Shown here piece after piece: positions 13,900 to 25,989 of a stretch of 64,000 nt of DNA. The position numbers were made by a program, and so were the translations under genes. Position 1 is the stretch's first letter; each line of letters begins with the position of its first letter. Under the pieces are notes generated by a model. It had not been told where the DNA came from. It saw nothing but the letters and a program-made list of their open reading frames with translations, and did not search any database. Source of the stretch: Eledone cirrhosa (taxonomy: Eukaryota); assembly GCA_964016885.1 (NCBI GenBank), contig OZ024742.1, positions 69,440,001 through 69,504,000 on the forward strand, read 5' to 3'.

Positions 13900-14900
13900 A
13901 TATATGGAACATATTTAGTGTTTACTGTTAAGATGGTAAATTCTCCTGGGGTTAAAATTGCATGTGGATTCTGACGGTTTGAAAAATGATTTTGAATTAA
14001 CAGGAAAATATTTATAGATATGTCTGATTGACATTTTTGCTAAAGGACGAGGTAAACCAGGTAAACCAGGTACTGCAGTGTTTCTGATATTTGCATATTG
14101 TTTATATATGAGTAGAGTGGTTTTTTTTATTAACATATGTAATTTCCATTTAGATTGTTTAGTGTCCATTTTAGATTATTTAATGAAAATGATTTACTGA
14201 TCGCTATGGATTATTTGCCTGTCATTCAAGAATATTTTTGCGTTCACTGTAGATTATTTTCATATCGACATGCTTGTATACTATCCGTTTTTATGTTGAA
14301 AGTAATTGTTATTTTTCTTAATTAGATATTTCCCGGCCACATATGGCTGGCATTGCTTTTTTTCTAAATATGTATGGCGTGCTATGTTCTACGATTGTAA
14401 AGCTGATATCGAAGTTGTTAACACATCATTCTTTCAATTCCTAAACATTGCTAAATAAGGTTGTAGAATTTGTCTTTCTATCATTTCTAAAAGTAAACTT
14501 ATGATTCAGGTAGAATTGCCTTAATTCATATTAATATTAAATGTTACTGTCTCTGCTCCATCCACATGCAATTTTAACCTAAGGAGAATTTACCTTCTTA
14601 ATCATATTCGATCAAAGAGACAGTTTTATTTAATCCAACAATTACCTTCTACTTATAGAATGTTATGTAGACGGCCCGTGCCACTGAAACTTACACATCA
14701 GAATGCTGTCGACATTTTCCATAGAATAATAACAGACTTGCAATACTTCTGATGGTTTGAAAAATGATTTTGAATTAACAGGAAAACATTTATAGATATG
14801 TCTGATTGACATTTTTGCTAAAAGACGAGGTAAACAAGGTATTGCAGTAGTTCTTATATTTGTTCCTTTTCTGCCTCTGTTTTAGTATGCTTATATGAAG
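13900..14900 (-). mobile_element. Penelope-like element relic (linker + GIY-YIG C-terminus), partly duplicated and inverted
   Basis: PFSKNV, IFKP..VCYYSMENVDSI, TCNF, HKFTFRNDRKTNSTTL..ELKE..FDISFTIVEHSTPY. 13981-14060 is repeated at 14760-14840. Confidence 0.65.
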
Positions 14901-15592
14901 ATTTATGCAATATTCCTTTACTTATATTATGTTTTAAAATATATCTGGTTGGTTATTTTATTCCTTATTTGTGTAGGTGAAATTTTCATGTATATTATTA
15001 ACTTAATTGAAGCAATAGCCTCTATTTAGATAAAACAGGTAAGGTGTGATTTTGTAACTAAAGTATGGAAATTAAAGAAAAACAAAAATTTAGCGGTGAT
15101 TGTTCACGACTCTTAAATAAAAGAGAATAAAGTTTCAGTAAATTAGGAATTCATTTCTCAAAATTTATTTATGCGCATTGAGAAAAATATGATCTTTTTC
15201 TGTATTACTTAACCTCGTTAGCGAAACAAATAATGTCAGTAAACCGGAACACTGGACGGAGTCCTTTGCAATTTTATCTTTATTGATTTACACACATACA
15301 CTTTTCACTCTCGTTGCCATAAATGCAATAAACAAGTGATGGACACGTTGCAAACCTGTAACCTATGACTCAATTGTTCGCTAGTTGCAGTGTAAAATGA
15401 AAATAATTAAATAATAGCCATGCTATTGTATTTCAAGACGTGTTATATTTTGTCATAAAATCCATGCATTGCAGGATAAATGTGATTACAAGTGAGAGTA
15501 GCAAACGATTACATGCTTAGTAAAAGAATCAACAAACACACCATTACCGAAGTGAGTAGGAAAACGATGATATTTTATCCAGATAAAAGAGA

Positions 15593-15694
15593 TCAGACAA
15601 CCGTATCATTCGTTATATTATTCGGGTTGCTGGGTATAGCTAATGCACTGGTCTGGAACACAATTACACCATAGGACAAGAGTGTCCCACCTAT
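15593..15694 (-). CDS. Gustatory-receptor-like gene GRL1, exon 4 (TM7b + C-terminal tail)
   Basis: Acceptor tcttctatttaactag, then IGGTLLSYGVIVFQTSALAIPSNPNNITNDTVV*. Variant of the GR/OR TYxxxxxQF signature; phase 0. Confidence 0.88.
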   Translation of the reverse strand: MGGTLLSYGVIVFQTSALAIPSNPNNITNDTVV

Positions 15695-16404
15695 CTAGTT
15701 AAATAGAAGAAATAAGAGCGGTGAGGCAAGATCAGTTTGAAATATTTAACAGGGTCATTTTATATTAAATTTGATAATATATAACAAATATTTAATACTC
15801 AATATAAATTTTTTCGTAAGTCTAGATTATTTAGTGTTATGTGTTAATATTATATTTTTTTTATTTTTAAGCAGGTTGGCGTAAGAGGGAGTGTCAATAG
15901 CTGCCTTCAGAGGCCTTCTCTGACCAGAGAGATCGGTTGTTATCCACGTTGCAAAGTTTCTGTAAGCAACTCTATACAGATTAGTCTAGGATGATTTTTC
16001 TGGATGCGGTCTAGGATACGCGTGTGAGTAACAGCAGTACTTCATTGTGGATCTCCCTAGGGTCGACAGACGGATAAAGCTCATAGTCGAGTAGTTTCAA
16101 GAAAAGACTCACCCATCTAATACGGCCTAAACCTTTGCAGCCTATTCCTTCCTGATAGAGTAGAGGGGTGAGGAATCGACTTAAGTACTGGACTGGAAAA
16201 GCGAAGTGGCAAAGCTGACCGCGGAAAATACATTGGAAAGCATTCTATACGACATTTTAACGGCTTTGCCAATTTTCTGCTTCATAATCTGAATACTAAA
16301 TTAGAAAAAAATATTTTCGTGAGTCTATAAAGCTATTTCAATATGTATTATTCCAGTGGATTTATATAAATAACTATTTCAAAATTATCAGAATTGCTTC
16401 TTAC

Positions 16405-16491
16405 CATAAGTATTGCTGAACTGTCGATATTGAACAAATTAGCTGCAGTGAGACAGCCTGGGTTAGAGACTCTTGCGTAGAATAGAGAAAT
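16405..16491 (-). CDS. GRL1 exon 3 (intracellular loop 3 / TM7a)
   Basis: tttccag, then ISLFYARVSNPGCLTAANLFNIDSSAILM, then gtaag. 87 bp, phase 0-0; matches the GR LTA.GLF.ID motif. Confidence 0.9.
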
Positions 16492-16577
16492 CTGGAAATA
16501 TCAAATAGAATATAGAATAAAAGAAACGGAATTAAGAATAAATATATACATACATATATACATACACATATATATTT

Positions 16578-16680
<103 letters not shown>

Positions 16681-16729
16681 CAAGCCCAGAAAAATTTAAA
16701 ACCAAAAATAATTAATTAAAATAACTGAC

Positions 16730-16801
16730 CCGGGTCATGGTATCTTGGCTCCACTGATTCTTCAAGCTCAGTTGGTACAAACTGTCTATGGGACCTTTAA
16801 C
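16730..16801 (-). CDS. GRL1 exon 2
   Basis: Polypyrimidine acceptor ctttctcttttttcccttaaatcag, then VKGPIDSLYQLSLKNQWSQDTMTR, then gtcagt. 72 bp, phase 0-0. Confidence 0.82.
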
Positions 16802-18498
16802 CTGATTTAAGGGAAAAAAGAGAAAGAAAGCTTTCGGTATACTCATGTGTTTAATGACGTTGTTGTTGTTGTAGTTATTGTTGTTGGTGGTGGTGGTGGT
16901 GTTGGTGGTGGTGTTCTTGTTCTTGTTCTGCCACTGGTCAACACAGATCAAGCTAATTTCTTATCAAAGGTTTATCGGCTTGATCTTCTCATCCATCAAT
17001 AATCTAGTGTGTGATTTGAGCGACTCAATAGTCCTTCTTAAATTAGCTACAATTGTTGTTCTGTGATATTCCTGAGCCCACTTTAAATCTTGATTGAGCA
17101 GATCAATACTTGAAAGCATTCTAGCCAGAACTATCTTATTTTTTAAGTGCATCGTAATCTACATCATACAATGTGTCTACACAATGCGTCCCTTTCAAGA
17201 CAGTAATATATGATTTAATGGAAATTTGGCTGCATTTTCTAGCAGATCACTTGGTCACGTAGATGTTTCCTAATTTGATAATATTTGAAAACGTGGGATT
17301 TTGTGTGGCGTATATTAACAAGAACTTTAACAACCGCATCAGTAATGCCAATAACTAAAATAACAACACCAATAAATACAATAACAAGACAAACATCAGC
17401 AGCAAGAACACCAACAACAACACCAACAACAATTACAACAACAGTAAGAAAAACTATAACAATCGCAACACTAGTAATTATAACATTAACGGCTTTAGCA
17501 ACATCCTCATAAATAACACATCCGTCACAACAATAATAACAACAACGGTAAGGACAACAGCAATATTATTAACAACAGGATCTGTAACAACAACAACAAT
17601 GACAACAATAACACCCACAAAGAACAAACGTTAAATTGAAATCTGAATATTTCGCTGCTATTTCTAACATTCTGAAATACTACGTAGTGTCATTCATTGC
17701 AATCAACACAACACATAGACACATCTACAATTTTCCTGGGCACTACTAAAAAACCCTCCCCCGGGACGCTGTTATATTAAGCGAGAACACAACTTCAACA
17801 CTATTCTAAAAACACATTATCTCCAACTCAGATTATAATATAACCACAGATTTGAATGGGAATGCTGGGATTTTTCGCGGAGAAACAAATACAATTAACT
17901 AGAATCCTCCAAATGGCGGTAAAGGGAAGATTTGCAAGAAATTCTAAATATTTTCCATTGTAGATTCCTGTGTCACTGGTGTCAAATTGTATCGTCCATT
18001 GCCTTTCCCTTGGAAAACAACGGTGGCGGAGAGAGGGAAGACCGGTATGCATGGATGACTGCTGGCTTTTCACAAATAACTTTCCCAGACCTATGCCTCA
18101 GAGGGGAACATTCTAGGTATAAATCGTGATCATTCGTCTTTTTCATATTACCAGTATCTTTGAGCAGTACACATTTGCTTTCTGGGAACAGGAAATAACA
18201 AAATTACTCGTACCCTTGTTGTAATGTAAGGCTTATACCTGTGATTATAGGGTCATTTGATTATGTAACTTACTCTCTCCACATTAAATTGGAAAAACTG
18301 TGTCACAGAAACATTTAAAAACCGTTAATAGGACTGTGAAAGTATGTGAAACATTCCATAAACTTAGACTGAAGAAGATACTTAACTGAAAATGTAGACG
18401 TTCACACATACATTACATAGAGATCGACACGTTTAATGGTATCTATCAATTCACCCATCCATCAATAAAAAGATGCATACATACACACATACATACAT

Positions 18499-18995
18499 GA
18501 AGGCTGCAACTCAATTTTGAATAATACCATTACTGGTACCTAAACATAAGCATCAAGGATGCGGCTTTTTAGTCCTGTTGGGGACATGCTTATGGTTAGC
18601 AATACTATGCATCGAAAAAAATGTCACATATCAAGCCCTGCCTCTGCTTGAAGCTTTTTAAAGTGAGGATAGAATTTGCACGGGGCCAATCCCACTGTAC
18701 ATCGAATGCATTTGCCTAAAAAGATGAACTGGTCTACATCATTGGATGCAAACGAAGCCGCAGGTTTTATATGAGAGTGACTTTCCCCTAGAGATTCTTA
18801 ATGAACACTACGAGTCGCTCGCTCTAATAAAAAAAAAATCTTTATTTGATGACCGTTTATTCTCATGCGTTCCTCCGCCCTTTGTCTGACTTTGTTTTTC
18901 ATCCCGACGGTTGTCCAAAATCGTCCACCTCACCAAGCAAGTTTGGTGGGGCTGTGGGGTTTAGTCGCCGACGACCTGACCATGCACAGGTTGTA
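18499..18995 (-). mobile_element. Non-autonomous bipartite RTE-derived element (diverged copy)
   Basis: Shares GGTC.GGTCGTCGGCGACTAAAC..CCCCACCAA..TTGGTGAGG and the GLKS / GCAGCC 3' end with the copies at 36895-38590; ends in (TATG)n. Confidence 0.65.
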
Positions 18996-18997
18996 AT

Positions 18998-19075
18998 AAT
19001 AATTTTGAGATAGAGTGTCCGTGTTGTTTGCTCTGATCTGAGCAAACAACACGGACACTCTATCTCAAAATTATT
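18998..19075. repeat. Perfect 36-bp inverted repeat with 6-nt loop
   Basis: AATAATTTTGAGATAGAGTGTCCGTGTTGTTTGCTC, loop TGATCT, then the exact reverse complement. Confidence 0.95.
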
Positions 19076-19234
19076 TTTGAAAAGCATTTAGAAATGCGCA
19101 ACCGGTAAAAACTTAAAAACTTGAAACCACAACTGAATACTAACCCATACAATTACTAATGCTCTTTTATTCCTAATTAAACTATTTTTCAACTGTGAAC
19201 AATTTGTCAGCATTTTCTATTCCGTTTACCAATA

Positions 19235-19278
<44 letters not shown>

Positions 19279-19279
19279 T

Positions 19280-20791
19280 GGTTCTAGGAAAATTCCCAGT
19301 TGAAAAGTTGCCAGCCGGAAGATTGCCAGGTGGAAAATTGCCCGTGGGGAAAATTGCTATTGACAAATTAAAAGAGTGATCTCAGAGAATCTAACGTAAA
19401 TGAAGATAATTCCAGTTTAAAAAATGAATTCCTCTTTTTATAGTTATTGCTCATTTGGACCAAAACTAGCATTTCTCTTTTTATAAGTGCTTATTTTTTT
19501 AATTTGAAGTGTAACCTAACTGACGAGAATATTAGTAACATAAGGTTATCCATTTCTCTTTTTATAACTGCTTGTTCTAACTAAAACTACAATTTCTCTA
19601 TCCATTATTTTTTATAATTGCTTGTTCAAACTATAACTACAATTTCTCTATCCATTATTTTTTATAATTGCTTGTTCAAACCATAACTACAATTTCTCTA
19701 TCCATTATTTTTTATAATTGCTTGTTCAAACCATAACTACAATTTCTCTATCCATTATTTTTTATAATTGCTTGTTCAAACCATAACTACAATTTCTCTT
19801 TTTCATTTGAACACAAATTTACATGACTTACTTAAAGAAGAAATTAGTTCAAGGCATGAATTGGTACGAAAGAGATATACTGTTTTTTATTATTATTATT
19901 ATTGTACCCATAATGGCTTCTTTTATAACAAGTGAACGTGGCAAGGATATTCTTGTCGATGAACTTCAAAATATGTATCATCAAAATGAGCTAAACAAGG
20001 GAATCTGCTGTAAGAAAACAGAAATCGTGTCCAGCAAGACTATACACCAAATCAAAGGATCATGATTACGAAATTTAAAAATTTGTTAACGAACACATTC
20101 ACACTTCCACCAAGAGTAAGGTGGATGCTAAAGTAGCGATTCAAGATCTGAAGGAAGAAGTTTTGACTTCGTGTCAACCTACTCGTTCTTTGGTTGCAAA
20201 TTGTTTATCATCTTTAGATGAATGTACTAGAAATGTTCGACACTGGAAAAAGCAAACATCCTGCACCCCATTAATTCCCTCTGAAAGGACAGGATTCATA
20301 ATTCCACCTGAATTTCAAAATCTTGATTCTGGGTCCGAAGATGAAAATCAAATATTGTTATTTAGTATGAATGATGGCATTCAAGATTTAAGAAAATATA
20401 GAAACTGGGCTATAGATGGAACGTTCAAAGTGTCCCCTGATGTCAGCTTTTTACAATTCATGTACAGGTTAAAAAATCTAGTTTTCACGTGTTTTTGCAT
20501 TTCTTCCTAAAAAAATTGAAACAACCTATGAAAACCTGTTCAACATAATCAAGAATTTAGTACAGCAAGACCCCCACACAATATTTTATTTTATATACGA
20601 AATGATGATCAACAAAACGTTTCGTTGTAAATCTTAAGGTTAATAAAACCTCATTCCAAAGGACTGTCAGATAAATAGATTCAAAACCTTAAAGCACTGG
20701 CAATATTCCTCACTGGCAATTTTACCCACGGGCAATTTTCCGCCTGGCAATCTTCTGCCCGGCAATTATCCAACTGGGAATTTTCCGTGCA

Positions 20792-20793
<2 letters not shown>
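19280..20793 (+). mobile_element. Mutator/MULE (Phantom-like) DNA transposon, internally deleted
   Basis: TIRs of about 90 bp built from 15-bp GGAAAATTGCC subrepeats. FLYWCH-like MASFITSERGKDILVD and MULE WAIDGTFKVSP. (TA)n on both flanks. Confidence 0.85.
19571..19800 (+). repeat. 50-bp tandem repeat, about 4.6 copies, inside the MULE
   Basis: Unit CTTGTTCAAACCATAACTACAATTTCTCTATCCATTATTTTTTATAATTG, no spacers. Confidence 0.93.
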
Positions 20794-20825
<32 letters not shown>

Positions 20826-20895
20826 GCAAACACACACACATACATACGGGAAAGGAATACTAATTGAATTGCGGACAATTAATTACTCACACTTG

Positions 20896-20972
<77 letters not shown>

Positions 20973-21207
20973 ATGTATGTATGTATACAAATGATGACAA
21001 ACATTTTGGGGATCTATTGATTTTCCATAGAGCCAGCAAAAAAGGCGCACTAAACAAATATAGTCATTTTGGATTATATAAATATAATAGTTATATGACT
21101 ATATTTCATCTGAGTATGTTTTACAATATAAATAACTATTTGATACAAAGCCACGAAAGTATATATATATATACACATATACTTAAATATAAAATAAATC
21201 AACGTAC

Positions 21208-22290
21208 AGCAAACTGTATTGAGATACCGCTATAGAGGACAGAGATTGTAAACAAAGATTTTGTTACTGTCATTGAGGATACTATCATTTTCTCATCAAA
21301 ATTCACATCCGTCTGAAATATGACGTAAATCAGCATACACGCAATGATAAGAGTGAATAAGAAGAGAGTGACTATATAGATGGAGAATTGTGTGTTGATT
21401 CGATCCAACAGCTCCATTATCTCTTCATATTTCTTCTGAAGATAAATCAACTTGCTGTTAATGTTGTTAGTTGTTTTTTGTTTGTCGTCTAGCAGCTTCA
21501 ATTCCTGCGTGAGTGCATGTAGCTCGGAACATATTATTTTCACCAGGAAATAAAGTAACATCTCGTCGCTTAGTATCCTAGATGCGATGAACCAACTTAA
21601 AAGTAGGACGTTTATAGTTTCAGCTACTGGATTTCTCCATATTGGTATTTGTATTAAGGTGTTTATTGTAGTATTCACGAATTCACTATTACTGAATATT
21701 AGGATAATTGATATAGCAAGGATTATCACGATAGCCGAAATCACTACAGACAATTTAATGGCCCACTTTAATTTCCTGAAATAATCTTGGTTCTTCAGAA
21801 AAACATAAGTCGTAAATTTCTTGATTAATCTTCTGCCAAACACATTATTAATGATAAATTTCATGCCATGATTCAAAATCTCCACAAAATAGAAGAACAG
21901 GAAGTTTAAGTAAACGATAAATTTCCCTTTACTCAACTCTGTGTCTACCATTATACATAGCCGCATTAGATTCCAAAGTAATAATAGAAAAACAATACAC
22001 TGGAAAACTTTAAATAACTTCTGTTGAGGCCTGGTTAAATAATTTGAAGGTCGCATCTCTTGACCGCTGAATAGTGTGAAATATATTAAGGGTTTAAACG
22101 TTTCCATCAGAATTTCTTTACTTGGATCTTGTTTCGATCGGCTGTGGTCAATATTAGTGGAAGTGCTACAACAAGATAAGGCAACACTGGTGATAACAGA
22201 GGGAGTATGATGCTGACTTTGTGAATTATTATTCTTTTGTTCGTGTTCTGAAATAACTGATACTCTTGAGTTTGGCGAACATTTTGCCAT
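21208..22290 (-). CDS. GRL1 exon 1 (N-terminus + about TM1-TM6 of a gustatory-receptor-like 7TM protein)
   Basis: 361 open codons from ATG at 22290, about six hydrophobic segments, GR-like loop LQKKYEEIMELLDRINTQFSIYI, and a phase-0 donor GCT|GTACGT. The start codon is tentative. Confidence 0.88.
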
Positions 22291-22579
22291 TATTTTGCTG
22301 CTTCTCGGAGCCGCCACCGGGTAAATGATTGCTGTAATTGTTGTTGTGTTAGTTGTTTTGGTGGTGGTGGTAGCTGTATGTAAATGTCTGTGATGGTGGA
22401 TGTATACTGTAGTCTATATTGGTGGTGGTGCTGGTGATAGCGTATATAATAATAGTGGAGACTGTAACACCTATAGTAGTAGAATCTGTAATAGTGGTTG
22501 TAGTGGAGAGGGATGCAACTGTGGTGGCAGTAGTGATGGTTAAAGTGGTAGTGGCAGTAGTAACTATAGATAACGTTAA

Positions 22580-23000
22580 TGGTGTTAGTGGTGGTGGTAG
22601 TAGCTGTAGTCGTGGTGGTAGTGGCTGTAGTGGTGGTAGTAGTGGTTGTAGTGGTGGTAGTGGCTGTAGTGGTGGTGATAGTGGCTGTAGTGGTGGTGGT
22701 AGTGGCTGTAGTGGTGGTAATAGTGGCTGTAGTGGTGGTGATAGTGGCTGCAGTGGTGGTAGTGGCTGTAGTGGAGGTGGTAGTGGCTGTAGTGGTGGTG
22801 GTAGTGGCTGTAGTGGTGGTGATAGTGGCTGTAGTGGTGGTGGTAGTGGCTGTAGTGGTGGTGATAGTGGCTGTAGTGGTGGTGGTAGTGGCTGTAGTGG
22901 TGGTGGTAGTGGCTGTAGTGGTGGTAGTGGCTGTAGTGGTGGTGGTAGTGGTATTTGTAGTGGTGGTGCTAGTGCTATTTGTAGTGGTGGTGTTGACTAC
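22580..23000. repeat. 18/21-bp minisatellite (GGTGGTGGTAGTGGCTGTAGT)n just upstream of GRL1
   Basis: Direct reading; variant units with GAT/AAT substitutions. Confidence 0.93.
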
Positions 23001-23683
23001 AGTAGAGCTGATATATGTTGTAATGGCGGTGATTATAGTGGTCGCGGTTATATAAGTGTTTGTATATGATGTGATGAGGTGCCGTTATTCTATACATGAA
23101 ACATCCCAAATCACAAATTTCTTACTCAGGGACAAATTAAGTAGAGAAGTAGAAAAACATTTCTTTTTTAAATGGACTTACAGAACTAATACGTGACAAG
23201 AGTAAAGTTATTTTTGTTATTTACCTCCAGATGTACAATGATACAGCGTATTCTATTTATGACCATTCTGTATCAAAATTACATTTTATAACATGTCTTT
23301 CATTTTAAAGAGATTAGGATGTAATTGGAGAGAGATTTCGCAGCTATTTGTAGAAGGTAAAGTAACCACGGTAAGGTCCGTCCGTTGGTTCGGCTGTTAT
23401 AATGTGTTTAACACTTATGCAGGTGAGAATGGTGGGTGATATTCGGGAGACAGACATAGGGTTCATTGATTCAAACAAGGAAGATCAAATCCTGAAACCC
23501 TCTAATTGGTACATACCGATACATATGATGCTGACGCTATGCTTATAATATGATGTTGGTGTAATGTATATAATATAGCATTGAAGTCATATATTGTATA
23601 ATTTTGAGGTGATGTAGGTGATACATTGTTGTGATGATGAATATATAGTAGTGTTGGGCTATAAAGTTGTGAGTATGAGTTTA

Positions 23684-23825
23684 TAATTGTTTCTACTTTT
23701 GGCACAAGGCCAGCATTATTTTATCGACCCCGTAAGGATGAAAGGGAAAGTTAACCTCGGCCGGATTTGAACTCAGAATGGAAAGGGCTGTAACTCTATG
23801 CGTCAAAGCATGGCGTACCGATACT
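23684..23825 (-). mobile_element. SINE, internally deleted
   Basis: Reverse complement of the SINE, with B-box (GGATTTGAACTC on the + strand) and tail. Confidence 0.8.
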
Positions 23826-23865
23826 GTATGAGTATATAATGTTGTTCTCCAATCATCCATATAAT

Positions 23866-24086
23866 ATACAGTGTCCAATAGCCAATTCTCGCTGAAATGA
23901 TCTGAAAGTTTAAACAAAATGAGTAAAAACTTATCAAGTTTAATGTTGAATGTTTTCTTTACTTTTGGATTGAAGAATGACGTTCGCTAGAATTGAAAAG
24001 GCATTTTGTGTGTTAGAATATGTTCGAACACAGTCAAACAATGATGTCAATTTTTTGGGGCGGATGAGGGTGGGGGCACACCTGTA
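23866..24086 (+). mobile_element. Possible Tc1/mariner-like deletion derivative
   Basis: MTFARIEKAFCVLEYVRTQS resembles DUF4817-type transposase N-termini; TACAG..CTGTA ends. Confidence 0.4.
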
Positions 24087-24859
24087 TTGTTGAGGCAATG
24101 TATATAACGTCGTCTTCATTAGGTAAGATATAGTAGTGATACATTTACTATAGTGTTGGTAAAATGTATATACTGTACAATTGAAGTGATGAAGTATCCG
24201 ATAATGTTCAAGTGACATGTTTCATATATATTGTGAGGCAAAATAAATAATATAATGTTTGTAAATATATAATATAATGTTTGTATGATACATAACAGAC
24301 TCAACAGTTGCCTTGGAGATAAAAAAAAAAAAAAACACTTTACACTCTGGGGACTTGACATGTGCATTTATATTAAGTATCAATATAAAGAGCAATTCAA
24401 TTACAAAAGTTAACCACACCCAAACACACACATACAAATATACATTCGCATACACACACACACGCGCATACACATTCATACCAACACACACGCACACTCG
24501 CAAAATAATCTAAATAATCCATTATTGATCAGAGATTCATAGATGAAAAGATTAATTAACAACTAGAGTAAGTGATACATTTTCAATTCTATCTTATAGC
24601 AAGATTCAATTCATTTTATTCTGTCTAAATATATTTGGAAAGTCATGAAAGCCACATATTCTTATTCCCTTTACTCTGTAAATGTTCCCAAGCCAGGGTG
24701 ATACATTGCAACTAGCGAATATCTTATGAAGAATTATGGAGGAGGCTTTTAATTTCCGTTTAGAGTATTTTCACATGTTTTACGCTAATTAAGACTCACG
24801 GGAGTTTAATAACCCGGTACACAAGATTATATACGCTTATTTCGCTAAGATAATCACCA

Positions 24860-25250
24860 TCTTAAAAAAAAGAGAAATAGGAGATTTTGCGGCAACTACA
24901 AAGGAATCTGCTCCTCTCCATAGCAGGAAAGGTGTTAACAAGAATAATCTTAAGACGCTTGTAGGTGCTTACAAAGCACATACTGCCAGCGTGGATTCTG
25001 CTCCAACAGAGGGACTATTGACAGGATCTTCTATACAAGACAGATAAAGAAAAAGAGAGTCTTCCAGAATAGAGATTTGAAAAGAGAAACAAAGCTCATG
25101 ATGTACAAAGCTGTAGTACTTCTTGCACTTTTGTATGGCTGTGAGACCTGGGCGTTGTACGGAAAAGGTACAAAGAAACTAGAGGCCAACTTTCGCAATA
25201 AACCAGGGCACTTCCACCCGTCATGCGGTGGGGAGAAAGATAGCCAAATA
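24860..25250 (+). mobile_element. Degenerate RTE LINE fragments
   Basis: CGNYKGI..LLSIAGKVLTRIIL and TKLMMYKAVVLLALLYGCETW. Confidence 0.8.
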
Positions 25251-25554
25251 TCAGAACTTTCCTTTTCGTGCCGGTCACCAAAATTGGGAGGAGAGTATCC
25301 CGCCTCTAGCAGAAGCCACGTTAGGTGGGGTGACTGAGGCAGCAGGTGTCGCTGGATTTTCTCCACGGCAAAGAATTCGGCAGTTTTCCGCGAGGCGAAG
25401 TTGACATATATCAACTAGACTGAGATGTAGAGTCTGCTGCTCCCTCTCATATCCCATTACTTTTGCCAATTAATTTTTTCTGTTTTTCTTTTTATTGAAA
25501 ATATATTGTGGTTACAGTCTGTAAAAGTAAAATATTAACAATGATGTAAAATAA

Positions 25555-25773
25555 TAATGATTTCTGACTTAGGCACAAGTCCAACAATTTTAGGAAAGGG
25601 AAAGTCGATTAAACCGACCCCAGTGTCTTATTGGTACTATATTTTATCGTCAAGTACGATGAAAGTTAAAGCTAATCTCAGCGGGACTCGAACTCACTCA
25701 GAACATAAAGTGACGTAACTATATGCCACAAAGCATGTTGTCTGACACTCTGCCGATATTACCAATCCACCGT
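25555..25773 (-). mobile_element. Diverged full-length SINE
   Basis: Head GGTGGATTGGTAATATCGG, B-box GAGTTCGAGTCC, same body and tail as other copies. Confidence 0.78.
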
Positions 25774-25989
25774 CCTAATATAAAATAATAAGTAATAATT
25801 AATTTTTCTTCATGTCGCATCAGAAGACTGTCCTAATATTTCATTCCATTTTGACAAAACGTGTAAGACGCATTGACTGAAATTTTGCCAGTTTAGAAGT
25901 AGACATTAATGCATATATAAATATGCGACAATTATTTAATAGATGATAAGAAGATAATTTTCTGCTCCAGCAGTTAAATGCTGCGGGTG

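Noticed and set aside
13170-13900. Strand-skewed AT-rich tract that may be decayed coding sequence
   Set aside because: No recognisable motif in any frame; left unannotated.
15305-15355. Alternative GRL last exon VCNVSITCLLHLWQRE* with T..Q spacing
   Set aside because: Much poorer motif match than 15593-15694; probably chance within the 3' UTR.
19571-19800. CRISPR-like regular repeat
   Set aside because: No spacers, eukaryotic context, and it lies inside a MULE.
22419-23069. Gly/Ser/Cys-rich and poly-Val ORFs resembling structural proteins
   Set aside because: They are translations of the minisatellite and lie antisense to GRL1.
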